This document shows, one piece after another, positions 18,434 through 29,204 of a stretch of 44,559 bases of DNA. The notes under the pieces were generated by a model. That model searched no databases, was not told where the DNA came from, and saw nothing but the letters and a program-made list of their open reading frames with translations. How positions within the stretch are numbered: the first letter of the stretch is position 1; the number at the start of each line of letters is the position of its first letter. A program made the position numbers and the translations under genes. The DNA is from Gammaproteobacteria bacterium (GTDB taxonomy: Bacteria > Pseudomonadota > Gammaproteobacteria > Thiomicrospirales > Thiomicrospiraceae), in the NCBI GenBank assembly GCA_013153955.1, contig JAADDM010000285.1, positions 1 to 44,559 of the forward strand. The letters are read 5' to 3'.

Positions 18434-18543
18434 TGGCTTGTATTATATAGGGTATGTTTCCGAGCGATTATTACTGCATTGATTGAGTAAAATAAAAATC
18501 TGCTTGGGGGCTTAAAAACATATAAACAGGATAAGGATATTCC

Positions 18544-19482
18544 ATGAACCATATTTTATCTCCATCTTCCATTGCGCAATCAGCGCACGCTCTTCCTGAA
18601 TCAGAGGTTGGGGTAGACCATGTGCAAATTAATGATTTGGTAAATAGTCTGTTAGGTGAAGAATTTTCTGAAACCTTGAAGGATATGTCTTCAACAGAGA
18701 TAGAAGAGCGTGTTTTAAATATGTTGGTGGATACCTATTCAGCTTTGAATGCAGTGATGCAGAAGGAGTGTGAAGTTCTGTTAAATCCTGTTCAGCCAGA
18801 AATGCCTACAGAAGAAAGCATGAAGTTGTTGTTAGGGAGCAAGAACCCTTATGTTAGAGAAGCGATTGCGAGTAGAGGGTTTTTCTCTGAGGTGTTAAAG
18901 GATGACCCTGTTGGGGCTGTAAGGCTTGCAGTCCTCAAGAAGACTGGTCGTTACAGTGAGCATTTCCGAAGACGAGAGGACGACCTTGCGGTGATTCGAG
19001 AGATGTTGGTTCAAGGGTTAGAGGTGGCTTATTTTGAAGGGCTTGATATTGAGGCTATTAATGAACTTATCTCCGAGATTAAAACCTATACAGAGATCTC
19101 TTATAAAGTGAATAACTTTGATGTCAAGATGACCGAGTTGGTTATTGATGACCTTACGAAACTCTTTTATCGTGAAGTAGAAGGCAGCGAGCAGATTACA
19201 TCTGCGATTCAGTATTTGAAAATAAACCTTCAAAATAGCCGTGCAAATTTTTTGGAAATAACTGAAGCAGAGTTGGCGTTAGAGAGTGACGAGAAGGAGC
19301 TTCTTATAGATGCAATGATTATATTGAAGGGTAATCACCATACGCCATTTGGTGAGGTGGTAAAGGTAAGCGAAGACTTTAAAATAGTCGGTCTAAAACA
19401 AATAGGCTCAGAAGGTATTATTGAGATGAATACCGTGGATTTAATGTCAGCTATAGCAGAGGCTCATGAAGCTGAATCTTAA
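18544..19482 (+). CDS. Acidic hypothetical protein with short HEAT/LRV-like repeats
   Basis: 312-aa ORF with AAGGA RBS; LLGSKNPYVREAIA / LKDDPVGAVRLAV / REDDLAVIREML repeats. Confidence 0.7.
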   Translation: MNHILSPSSIAQSAHALPESEVGVDHVQINDLVNSLLGEEFSETLKDMSSTEIEERVLNMLVDTYSALNAVMQKECEVLLNPVQPEMPTEESMKLLLGSKNPYVREAIASRGFFSEVLKDDPVGAVRLAVLKKTGRYSEHFRRREDDLAVIREMLVQGLEVAYFEGLDIEAINELISEIKTYTEISYKVNNFDVKMTELVIDDLTKLFYREVEGSEQITSAIQYLKINLQNSRANFLEITEAELALESDEKELLIDAMIILKGNHHTPFGEVVKVSEDFKIVGLKQIGSEGIIEMNTVDLMSAIAEAHEAES

Positions 19483-19583
19483 AGCGTTTCACGAGAATGT
19501 TTTTAAGGAGTTGCTTAAAGTTGTTTAGGATTGTGTAAAAAAGATGAGAGCGCCTCTAAGCTGTTGATTTAATTAAATAAATT

Positions 19584-19634
19584 GACTGTTAATCCGTATG
19601 TCGCTGGTTCGAATCCAGCATCGGGAGCCATATT
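19584..19634 (+). repeat. attR (duplicated tRNA-Asn 3' fragment)
   Basis: Identical to 10980-11030; lacks the tRNA 5' half. Confidence 0.95.
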
Positions 19635-19636
19635 TT

Positions 19637-19674
19637 AAAAACCCCAAGTAACCTAGTGTTACTTGGGGTTTTTT
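19637..19674. terminator. Bidirectional terminator (original tRNA-Asn terminator, displaced by the insertion)
   Basis: AAAAACCCCAAGTAAC-CTAGT-GTTACTTGGGGTTTTTT perfect stem. Confidence 0.85.
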
Positions 19675-19901
19675 CGTTTCAGGGTCTGTTTTTTTTAGAA
19701 TGGGGTAGCTGTAGGAACGAATGTTGTCCTGTGTCTTTTATGGTTTTGTGGCGTTGAGTAAGGGTCTGGTTTAACGGTGCAGGAGAGGGCGTGTAAGTAA
19801 CTTAAATAGTTAGCGAAATATTGACTGCGTGTTGTTTTAAAGGGAAGTAATTTGTTTTTTTGAAGGGGTGTGTTGTAACGAGCTGAAGCATAAAAAAGAA
19901 T

Positions 19902-19978
19902 TGGTACGACCGAGTGAATTCGAATCACCGACCCCTACCATGTCAAGGTAGTGCTCTAACCAACTGAGCTACGGTCGT
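19902..19978 (-). tRNA. tRNA-Val(GAC)
   Basis: ACGACCGTAGCTCAGTTGGTTAGAGCACTACCTTGACATGGTAGGGGTCGGTGATTCGAATTCACTCGGTCGTACCA. Confidence 0.95.
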
Positions 19979-20015
19979 ACTATAGATGTATAAGCCAGGG
20001 GCTTAATATATATTG

Positions 20016-20102
20016 TGGTACCAGTGGGCGGACTCGAACCGCCACGCCCTTGCGAGCAACGGATTTTGAATCCGTCATGTCTACCAATTCCATCACACTG
20101 GC
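20016..20102 (-). tRNA. tRNA-Leu(CAA)
   Basis: GCCAGTG acceptor, ACGGA-TTCAAAA-TCCGT anticodon arm, long variable arm, GGTTCGAGTCC, CCA. Confidence 0.96.
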
Positions 20103-20110
20103 ACAATATG

Positions 20111-20145
20111 CCGCGAATTATAGAGTTTCGCTTTTGTGCTGTCAA
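20111..20145 (-). promoter_or_regulatory. Consensus sigma70 promoter of the tRNA-Leu/Val operon
   Basis: TTGACA (20145-40), 17 nt, TATAAT (20122-17), GC-rich discriminator TCGCGG. Confidence 0.9.
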
Positions 20146-20434
20146 CCTTATTGTCGGTAATGTTCTTCAATATAGGAAATTATCGGTGATTAAAAAGTGC
20201 TAACGGCAAACAATCAGGCCTTTATGCCCCTCTGTGGGGAGGGGGTGTTTTAAATAAGACATAATTTTAACAATGGTTTATTAGGCTCAATGTTAATAAC
20301 AGCTTGATAATAAAGGCACAATCGGTGAAAATGGCCGCCCTTTTTGAGATGGAATAAAAGGTGACTTGCTCTACAGTTTCTTGAATTGAAAGATACGGTG
20401 TTAAGTAGAGTAACGTGACTTTTTTTGAGTAGCC

Positions 20435-21484
20435 GTGAAACGACAAGATTTCTTTTTTGACCTGCCTAAAAACCTGATTGCCCAACAACCCGCCTCTGAA
20501 CGACGCGGTAGTCGCCTGTTGGTGATGCAAGCGGACGGCAATATTGCTGATAAACAATTTCCAGACCTTCTGGCGTATGTTCAGCCCAATGATTTGCTCG
20601 TGTTTAACAACACCAAGGTGATTCCTGCACGTCTGTTTGGGCAAAAATCCACTGGTGGGCAGGTTGAACTGTTGATTGAGCGCATTGTGGATGAACATAC
20701 GTTGTTAACGCATATTCGATCTAGTCGTTCGCCCAAAGCGGGTGCGGTTTTACGCATAGAGAGTGCGTTTGATGTTGAAGTCATGGGGCGTGAAGGGGCG
20801 TTGTTTGTGGTGAAGGTACTTGATAAGCAGTCGGCTTTAGAGTTAATTGAAGCTTATGGTCACATGCCGCTTCCGCCTTATATTGAACGTGCTGAAGATG
20901 TTCAGGAAGATAAAGAGCGCTATCAAACCGTTTACTCAGAAAAACCTGGCGCGGTGGCGGCACCCACTGCGGGGCTGCATTTTGATGAGGCGCTATTGGC
21001 TTCTATCAAAGAGAAGGGTGCAGACATTGGGTTTGTGACACTGCATGTGGGGGCGGGGACGTTTAAGCCTGTGCAGGCGGAGGATATTAAGGATCACGTG
21101 ATGCATTCTGAGTATTTGGAGGTAGATGAGATACTGGTCGAACAAGTGAAGTTGGCGCGTGCGAAAGGGGGCCGAGTGATTGCCATTGGTACAACTTCGG
21201 TGCGCTGTCTGGAGAGCGCTGCAAAGTTCAGTAATACAGGAAGTGTTGCGCCTTATCAGGGGGAGACGGATATTTTTATCAGTCCTGGTTATGTCTTTAA
21301 AGAGGTGGATGTCTTGTTTACCAACTTTCACCTACCTGAATCGACGTTAATTATGTTGGTATCAGCCATGGCGGGTTACGAGCGTACTATGGCGGCCTAT
21401 CAACATGCAGTGGATAAGTCATATCGCTTCTTTAGTTATGGCGATGCGATGTTGGTATTTCCGCCAAAAGCAGATCAAAACTAG
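20435..21484 (+). CDS. queA: S-adenosylmethionine:tRNA ribosyltransferase-isomerase
   Basis: LIAQQP, GHMPLPPYI, AVAAPTAGLHF, TLHVGAGTF, FFSYGDAM. Confidence 0.97.
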   Translation: MKRQDFFFDLPKNLIAQQPASERRGSRLLVMQADGNIADKQFPDLLAYVQPNDLLVFNNTKVIPARLFGQKSTGGQVELLIERIVDEHTLLTHIRSSRSPKAGAVLRIESAFDVEVMGREGALFVVKVLDKQSALELIEAYGHMPLPPYIERAEDVQEDKERYQTVYSEKPGAVAAPTAGLHFDEALLASIKEKGADIGFVTLHVGAGTFKPVQAEDIKDHVMHSEYLEVDEILVEQVKLARAKGGRVIAIGTTSVRCLESAAKFSNTGSVAPYQGETDIFISPGYVFKEVDVLFTNFHLPESTLIMLVSAMAGYERTMAAYQHAVDKSYRFFSYGDAMLVFPPKADQN

Positions 21485-21622
21485 TGTGCTAAGGGCGTTG
21501 TCGGAGAGAGATGGAGTTTTGGAAAAAACCTTAAAAGTAAAGTACTCTCAAATGTAGTAAATTGCATTCAAGCGTATTAACGTAATGAAAATGCAATAAT
21601 CCCCTAATAATAAATAATCTAA

Positions 21623-22777
<1,155 letters not shown>

Positions 22778-22941
22778 CCCGTTACTGACAGGCTGGATAC
22801 AGAGCAAAGCGTAAAGTCTTTCGTAAGGTCTTGCTTAAACCCGTTATTTAAACAGCCACGTCTGGCTATTTAGTTGAGATTTTTCACAGAAGCTGTGCCA
22901 CAATACAGCGGTTAAATTATTTATCTATTTTGGAGATACAA

Positions 22942-23271
22942 ATGAGCTTTTTTATTAGTGATGCAATGGCAGAAGGAACAGCCGCAGCAGCTGGCGGCGG
23001 TTGGGAAGGTATTATCCCTTTAGTCTTATTATTTGTGGTTTTCTACTTCTTGTTGATTCGTCCTCAACAGAAAAAAGTAAAAGAGCACAAGGCGCTTATT
23101 GAAGCGATTAAGAAAGGCGATGAAGTCGTTACTTACGGTGGTTTAGCCGGTAAGATTCGTGAGATGGGTGAAAACTTTTGCGATGTTGAGATTTCTGAAA
23201 ACGTTGTCGTTAAAGTAGAGCGTCAGAACATTTCGCGTTTACTGCCTAAAGGCACATTGAAAGGCGAGTAA
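22942..23271 (+). CDS. yajC: Preprotein translocase subunit YajC
   Basis: FYFLLIRPQQK, KGDEVVT.GG; ATG 22942 after GGAG. Confidence 0.95.
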   Translation: MSFFISDAMAEGTAAAAGGGWEGIIPLVLLFVVFYFLLIRPQQKKVKEHKALIEAIKKGDEVVTYGGLAGKIREMGENFCDVEISENVVVKVERQNISRLLPKGTLKGE

Positions 23272-23285
23272 ACTCGTTGTTTCAC

Positions 23286-23313
23286 ACAAAGGGGGCTTTA
23301 TAGCCCCTTTTGT
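23286..23313 (+). terminator. Hairpin/terminator after yajC
   Basis: ACAAAGGGGGCT-TTAT-AGCCCCTTTTGT. Confidence 0.7.
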
Positions 23314-23457
23314 TGTTTCTAAAGCCTGTGTTTTATAAACAACCAGGCCTGGTTACTTCTCTAAACTAATGTCATTAAGACTCTACTTGTTAGGCCTTAT
23401 TGTTAGAGTTCATGTGTTAACTGGGTCTTTTTCTCCCTCAAAACGGAATTGAGTTTT

Positions 23458-25341
23458 ATGTTTAATTCAAAACAGAATGTCATTGCGAATAAATATCCTG
23501 CTTGGAAGTATTTGCTTTTGATTGTGATTACGGTCATCGGTTTAACTTACGCGATGCCAAATATTTTTGGCGATGATCCTGCCGTACAAGTCTCTCCTGC
23601 AAAATCGGTTGAGTTTAATGCGGACACTCAAGTTAAGGTTGCTGATGCACTAGCCGCCGCAAACTTAACCGTTAAGTCGTCTGTTTATGAAGGCGGTCGT
23701 TTCTTAATCCGTTTTGAAAATACGGAAGACCAACTTAAAGCGAAATCGGTTTTAAAAGATGCTTTTGGTCGTCAAGCTGTGGTGGCACTGAATTTAGCGC
23801 CTGCAACGCCAGAGTTTCTACGTAGCTTAAACGCTAACCCAATGTATTTAGGGTTAGATTTAAGAGGCGGCGTTCACTTCTTGATGGATGTGGATATGGA
23901 GACGGCTGTTGCTAAAGCGTATCAACGCTATGTGGACGAAATTAAAGGCGTGTTGCGTCTAGAAAAAATCCGTTATCGTTCGGTTGAGATGGAAGAGGAC
24001 GCTTTAGCCGTCACCTTTAAAGATATCCCGACAATGGAGAAGGCATTAGAAACCTTATCATTAACTTATAGTGATCGTTTTTTACTTAAGCCGGTTGAAG
24101 AGACTGCGAGCCCTAAAATTCTGTTAACACTCACGGATCAGACCATTGCAGAAACGCAAAAGTATGCTTTGCAACAGAACATTAACACTTTGCGTAACCG
24201 AGTGAATGAACTGGGTGTCGCTGAGCCAGTGATTCAGCAACAGGGGGATCGACGCATTGTGGTTCAACTGCCTGGTGTTCAAGATACCGCACGTGCCAAA
24301 GAGATTTTGGGCGCAACGGCAACGCTTGAATTCCGCTTAGTGGAAGAGAGAGGCGATGCGTATCGTGCTGAGAAAACAGGCTATGCGCCACATGGTTCAG
24401 TGCTTTACCATTTCCGTGATGGACGCCCTATTCTGTTAAAGCGTAGCACCATTGTGAGCGGAGAGAATGTGGTAAATGCCGCATCGGGTTTAGACCCTCA
24501 GCAGGGTTCAGCCATGGTTAATGTTACTTTGGATGGCGCAGGTGGCCGTAAAATGTTAGCGACGACGAAGAAAAATGTAGGTAATCGTATGGCGGTTGTC
24601 TTCATTGAAAATCGCGTAGAAACCGTCATGGAAGATGGCGTTAAAGTTAAAAAGCGTATTACCACCAGAGACGTGATTAACGCGGCGGTCATTCGCGGTC
24701 AGTTTGCCGATCGTTTTCAAATTACGGGCTTAGACTCTCCACAAGAAGCGCAAGATTTAGCCTTACTACTTCGTGCTGGGGCGCTTGCTGCACCGATGGA
24801 AATTGTAGAAGAGCGTACGGTTGGACCAAGCTTGGGTCAGGACAATATCAATCAAGGCTTTATGTCGGTCTTAATTGGTTTCCTACTGGTCTTAGTCTTG
24901 ATGGTATGGCGTTATAAGTATTTTGGAATGGTTGCTAATGTAGCGCTTACCTTAAACTTAATCATCATTATTGCCGTGCTTTCAATGCTGCAAGCAACTT
25001 TGACGTTACCAGGCATTGCGGGAATTGTCTTAACGGTCGGAATGGCGGTGGATGCCAACGTGCTTATTTTTGAACGTATTCGTGAGGAGCTTAGAAACAG
25101 CTCTATTCAAACCGCGATTCATGTTGGGTATGAAAAGGCATTTGTGACGATTGCCGATGCCAATATTACAACGTTACTTGCGGCCATTGTGCTATTTAGC
25201 TTTGGAACAGGGCCGATTAAAGGCTTTGCGATTACGTTATCAATCGGGATTATCACCTCGATGTTTACAGCGATTGTTGGGACGCGTGCCATTATTAATT
25301 TAATGTACGGTAACAAACGCGTTGAAAAGCTATCAATTTAG
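23458..25341 (+). CDS. secD: Protein translocase subunit SecD
   Basis: LGLDLRGGVH, RVNELGVAEP, GMAVDANVLIFERIREE; start may be 23449 or 23458. Confidence 0.97.
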   Translation: MFNSKQNVIANKYPAWKYLLLIVITVIGLTYAMPNIFGDDPAVQVSPAKSVEFNADTQVKVADALAAANLTVKSSVYEGGRFLIRFENTEDQLKAKSVLKDAFGRQAVVALNLAPATPEFLRSLNANPMYLGLDLRGGVHFLMDVDMETAVAKAYQRYVDEIKGVLRLEKIRYRSVEMEEDALAVTFKDIPTMEKALETLSLTYSDRFLLKPVEETASPKILLTLTDQTIAETQKYALQQNINTLRNRVNELGVAEPVIQQQGDRRIVVQLPGVQDTARAKEILGATATLEFRLVEERGDAYRAEKTGYAPHGSVLYHFRDGRPILLKRSTIVSGENVVNAASGLDPQQGSAMVNVTLDGAGGRKMLATTKKNVGNRMAVVFIENRVETVMEDGVKVKKRITTRDVINAAVIRGQFADRFQITGLDSPQEAQDLALLLRAGALAAPMEIVEERTVGPSLGQDNINQGFMSVLIGFLLVLVLMVWRYKYFGMVANVALTLNLIIIIAVLSMLQATLTLPGIAGIVLTVGMAVDANVLIFERIREELRNSSIQTAIHVGYEKAFVTIADANITTLLAAIVLFSFGTGPIKGFAITLSIGIITSMFTAIVGTRAIINLMYGNKRVEKLSI

Positions 25342-25350
25342 GACACTGAG

Positions 25351-26472
25351 ATGAGCAACGAAATACAGACAACAAATATTAATTTTATGGGGCAGCGTCA
25401 TCTTGCGATGGCTCTGTCGGCCATTTTAATCATCGCCTCTTTTACAGGTTTATGGTTAAAAGGACTTAACTTCGGTATCGACTTTACGGGGGGAACGATT
25501 GTTGAACTCTCTTATCCAACTCCTGTTGATTTACCTAAGCTACGTTCAGATTTAGCCAATGCTGGGTTTGGAGAAGCGATTGCCCAACACTTTGGCTCTG
25601 CTGAAGATGTCTTGATTCGCATCGCGCCACGTGATGGCTTGAATTCGGCTCAGCTGAGTAACCAAGTTATGGATGCGCTTAAGGATGCTCAGAGCGAAGA
25701 GATGACTCTTCGTCGAGTTGAGTTTGTCGGCCCGCAGGTCGGTGATGAGTTAACCGAAGATGGGGCTTTAGCGGTTCTATATGCCCTTTTTGGGGTGCTT
25801 ATTTACGTGGCATTGCGTTTTGAGTGGCGCTTCTCTGTCGGTTCAGTCGCAGCCCTAATACATGATGTTATTATCACAGTGGGCGTATTTGCTTGGACGG
25901 GAATGCAGTTTGATTTAACCGTGTTGGCCGCTATTCTCGCCGTGATTGGATATTCATTAAACGATACCATCGTGGTCTTTGATAGAGTGCGTGAAAACTT
26001 TAGAACCATGCGTGAAGGTACGCCGATTGAAGTGACGAACACCGCCGTTAATCAGATGCTATCCCGTACCATTATGACCTCTGTGACCACCTTGGTTGTG
26101 TTGTTGGCTCTATTTTTTATTGGGGGAGAAGTTATTCACGGCTTTGCAACCGCATTGATTGTAGGGGTTGTTATCGGAACGTTCTCCTCGACCTATGTAG
26201 CCAGTGCTGTTGCCTTAGCATTAGGCGTCTCTAAAGAAGATTTGATGACTGCACCTAAAGCCGAGCGTGATGCCGAGGCGGAAGAGGCTGAGTTACAGCG
26301 TCTTTTCCTTGAGCATGAAGCTCAAACGGAAGATAAGCGTCTTGCGCGTGAAGAGAGAGCGGCAAAACAGACTGAGAAAAAGACTGGCAAGCAAACGGAT
26401 AAAAAATCTAGCCATTCAAAAAAGTCTAAGTCCTCTCAAAAAGAGACCCCTGTTGAGTCGGCTGAAAGCTAA
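25351..26472 (+). CDS. secF: Protein translocase subunit SecF with charged C-terminal tail
   Basis: GIDFTGG, VGPQVG, GYSLNDTIVVFDRVRE. Confidence 0.96.
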   Translation: MSNEIQTTNINFMGQRHLAMALSAILIIASFTGLWLKGLNFGIDFTGGTIVELSYPTPVDLPKLRSDLANAGFGEAIAQHFGSAEDVLIRIAPRDGLNSAQLSNQVMDALKDAQSEEMTLRRVEFVGPQVGDELTEDGALAVLYALFGVLIYVALRFEWRFSVGSVAALIHDVIITVGVFAWTGMQFDLTVLAAILAVIGYSLNDTIVVFDRVRENFRTMREGTPIEVTNTAVNQMLSRTIMTSVTTLVVLLALFFIGGEVIHGFATALIVGVVIGTFSSTYVASAVALALGVSKEDLMTAPKAERDAEAEEAELQRLFLEHEAQTEDKRLAREERAAKQTEKKTGKQTDKKSSHSKKSKSSQKETPVESAES

Positions 26473-26509
26473 CTTACCAGTCCTGGTTGTTTACAAAATA
26501 GGCAATCAA

Positions 26510-26544
26510 TCAAAAAGCCAGATAGCCTTTATCTGGCTTTTTGA
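26510..26544. terminator. Terminator after secF
   Basis: TCAAAAAGCCAGATA-GCCTT-TATCTGGCTTTTTGA. Confidence 0.8.
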
Positions 26545-26624
26545 GTTGGTAGACCCCCTTTTATTAAAGCGATCCTATAGGATCGGCAGTAAACAATTTA
26601 CTGTCAAATGAAGAAGAAATTATC

Positions 26625-28199
26625 ATGTCATTATTGTTAGAAACGAGTAAACGTAGAACCTTTGCGATTATCTCCCACCCCGATGCGGGTAAGACCACTG
26701 TTACCGAGAAGCTTCTGTTATATGGAGGCGCGATTCAGATGGCGGGTGCGGTTAAAAGTCGTAAGACAGATCGTGGTGCAACCTCCGATTGGATGAAAAT
26801 GGAGCAAGAGCGTGGTATCTCCATTGCCTCGTCTGTGATGCAGTTTCCCTATAAAGACGTGATGATTAATCTACTGGATACCCCGGGGCATGAGGACTTC
26901 TCTGAAGATACTTATCGTACTTTGACTGCGGTTGATTCAGCGTTGATGGTTATTGATGTTGCGAAAGGGGTTGAGGACAGAACCGTTAAATTAATGGAAG
27001 TTTGTCGTCTACGCACCACGCCCATTTTAACCTTTATCAACAAGATGGATAGAGAGGGGCGTGACCCGATTGATCTGTTGGATGAAGTGGAGTCAGTTCT
27101 AAAGATTAACTGTGCGCCAATGACTTGGCCAATCGGGATGGGTAAAGCCTTTAAAGGGATTTATCACCTGTATAACGATACGGTTCGTCTTTTCAACGCG
27201 GCAGATGGACTGCGAGCAGGGGAGGGTGAGTTAATCCAAGGAATTAATAACCCTCGCTTGGATGAGTTGCTTGGAGATCAAATTGAAGGGCTTCGTGAAG
27301 AGATTGAGTTGGTTCAGGGCGCCAGTCATGAATTTGATTTAGACGAGTTTTTGGCTGGACGACTGTCCCCGGTATTCTTTGGCTCGGCGGTGAATAACTT
27401 TGGTTTACAAGAGTTATTGGATGGCTTTGCAGATTACGCGCCACCGCCGATGGGGCGTGCGACAGAGACACGCGAAGTTAAAGCGGCAGAAGAGAAGTTG
27501 ACCGGCTTTATCTTTAAAATTCAGGCCAATATGGATCCTGCACACCGTGACCGTGTTGCCTTCATGCGCATTGTATCGGGTACTTACACTAAGGGCATGA
27601 AGTTAAAGCATGTTCGCATTGGTAAAGAGGTTAAGGTCGCTAAAGCGATTACCTTCCTTGCCAATAAGCGAGAGCATGCTGAAATTGCCTACCCTGGGGA
27701 TATCATTGGTCTGCACAATCACGGCACGATTAAAATTGGCGATACCTTTACGCAGGGCGAATCGCTCAAATTTACGGGCATTCCAAACTTCGCACCTGAG
27801 CTGTTCAGACGTGCACGTTTAAAAGATCCGATGAAGATGAAAGCGCTACAGAAAGGCTTAACTCAGTTATCAGAAGAGGGGGCAACTCAGTTGTTCCGTC
27901 CTGTTAATAATAACGACCTTATCTTGGGTGCAGTGGGAATTCTTCAGTTTGAAGTGGTTGCACAGCGTCTAAAAGATGAGTATAACGTGAGCTGTCTATT
28001 TGAAGCTGTTAACGTTAACACCGCTCGATGGGTCGTGGGCGAGAAAGCTGAAATTGATAAATTTACTGCGAAGGTTCGTGACAACGTGGCCTATGATGCA
28101 GCGGATTTATTAGTCTATATTGCACCGACTCGAGTGAATCTTTCATTGATTCAAGAGCGTTGGCCAAACCTACAGTTTGTAGCCACCAGAGAGCATTAA
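26625..28199 (+). CDS. prfC: Peptide chain release factor 3
   Basis: [42 protein letters not shown]. Confidence 0.97.
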   Translation: MSLLLETSKRRTFAIISHPDAGKTTVTEKLLLYGGAIQMAGAVKSRKTDRGATSDWMKMEQERGISIASSVMQFPYKDVMINLLDTPGHEDFSEDTYRTLTAVDSALMVIDVAKGVEDRTVKLMEVCRLRTTPILTFINKMDREGRDPIDLLDEVESVLKINCAPMTWPIGMGKAFKGIYHLYNDTVRLFNAADGLRAGEGELIQGINNPRLDELLGDQIEGLREEIELVQGASHEFDLDEFLAGRLSPVFFGSAVNNFGLQELLDGFADYAPPPMGRATETREVKAAEEKLTGFIFKIQANMDPAHRDRVAFMRIVSGTYTKGMKLKHVRIGKEVKVAKAITFLANKREHAEIAYPGDIIGLHNHGTIKIGDTFTQGESLKFTGIPNFAPELFRRARLKDPMKMKALQKGLTQLSEEGATQLFRPVNNNDLILGAVGILQFEVVAQRLKDEYNVSCLFEAVNVNTARWVVGEKAEIDKFTAKVRDNVAYDAADLLVYIAPTRVNLSLIQERWPNLQFVATREH

Positions 28200-28233
28200 T
28201 GGTGTTTAAAAGCCATTCACTGTTTTAGATACG

Positions 28234-28261
28234 AAAAAGCCACTCAATGAGTGGCTTTTTT
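28234..28261. terminator. Bidirectional terminator between prfC and the OmpA gene
   Basis: AAAAAGCCACTCA-A-TGAGTGGCTTTTTT. Confidence 0.85.
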
Positions 28262-28335
28262 ATTGTTGAGCTTTAAATAACCAGATTTTATGCCGCTTGC
28301 GGGGCTTGGTTGTTTTATTAAGTGCTTATTGAAAC

Positions 28336-29010
28336 TTAAATCTCGCTAATTAAGAAGGTGACTCGGCGGTTTTCACGTTTGCCTTCGGGTGTCGTGTTGC
28401 TGGCAATCGGGCGCTCTTCACCATAGCCGTAAGTTTGAATTCGGTCACGGCTGATGCCATTATCCATGAGATAGAAGGCAACGCTTTTAGCACGATTTTC
28501 AGACAGTTGTTGATTGTACTTTTTAGAGCCATCAGAGTCGGTGTGGCCTTCAATATGCACACGTGTATTTGGGTGTTTTGCCATGGTATTGATAATGGGC
28601 GTTAAACGAGATAGCTCGTAAGGGTCTAATTCTGCTGACCCTGAACGAAAGTTTACGTTTTTAACACTGACTTGGACATACTCTTTACCCCCAATCGTGA
28701 CGGCTTCCACATCGGTATTAGGATCGGCTGCCGTCTCTTGATTGACTTCGTTAAAGACTTGGCGCGCAGTATAGCCAGCCAAAGCCCCCACGGCAACTTT
28801 ACCAAGGTTGTTGTCAACGCCAAGTGCATTGGCTGCTAACATACCGGCCAGTGCAGCACCAATGGTCACTGCGTTTTTATCATCTTCTCGCGTGCCGCCT
28901 GTTCCTTCACAGCCTGTTGTGAGTGCGAACGCGGCAAGGATTGCGGCCGTCCCAAGTAATTTCGGCAATGATCTATGTGCGGTTAGGTCTCTTTGGGTAT
29001 TCGTCTTCAT
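28336..29010 (-). CDS. OmpA-family lipoprotein (YiaD-like)
   Basis: Lipobox LTTGC, glycine-zipper-like segment, IEGHTDSDG...NQQLSENRA...NRRV. Confidence 0.9.
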   Translation of the reverse strand: MKTNTQRDLTAHRSLPKLLGTAAILAAFALTTGCEGTGGTREDDKNAVTIGAALAGMLAANALGVDNNLGKVAVGALAGYTARQVFNEVNQETAADPNTDVEAVTIGGKEYVQVSVKNVNFRSGSAELDPYELSRLTPIINTMAKHPNTRVHIEGHTDSDGSKKYNQQLSENRAKSVAFYLMDNGISRDRIQTYGYGEERPIASNTTPEGKRENRRVTFLISEI

Positions 29011-29204
29011 GGTTCACTCCAAAAGTAAATTTTATGTGGGAAGGTTGAGCCATTTGTTAAATGGCTCAACACGCTATCTATCTTAATCATAAGCATTCAG
29101 GCAGATCAATTCAATAGCGTATCAAGGGTCTCAAGGGTATTGAAAGTATTGGCAGAGGGGTTTGATATAGAAAAGGCTGTCAATGGGTTGGCCCCTGCTC
29201 GGTA

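Larger units (their letters stand above)
10980..19634. mobile_element. Integrative mobilizable element (genomic island) in tRNA-Asn, ~8.6 kb
   Basis: 51-bp direct repeat of the tRNA 3' half at both ends, integrase and Xis next to attL, MOBV relaxase, visibly AT-richer cargo; no phage structural, Rep or complete T4SS genes recognised. Confidence 0.92.

Noticed and set aside
17784-19552. 11-bp direct repeat AGATGAGAGCG bracketing the TA pair and the 312-aa ORF
   Set aside because: An 11-mer match is expected by chance within ~8.6 kb; there is no other evidence for a sub-element
19584-19630. Second tRNA-Asn gene
   Set aside because: Only the 3' 47 nt are present, with no acceptor 5' strand or D arm; it is attR
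10980-19634. Prophage or PICI
   Set aside because: Despite the phage-type integrase, no capsid, terminase, primase or repressor genes were recognised; a relaxase is present instead
19695-20203. ORFs 19695-19928 and 20015-20203
   Set aside because: They overlap tRNA-Val and tRNA-Leu and are shadow translations
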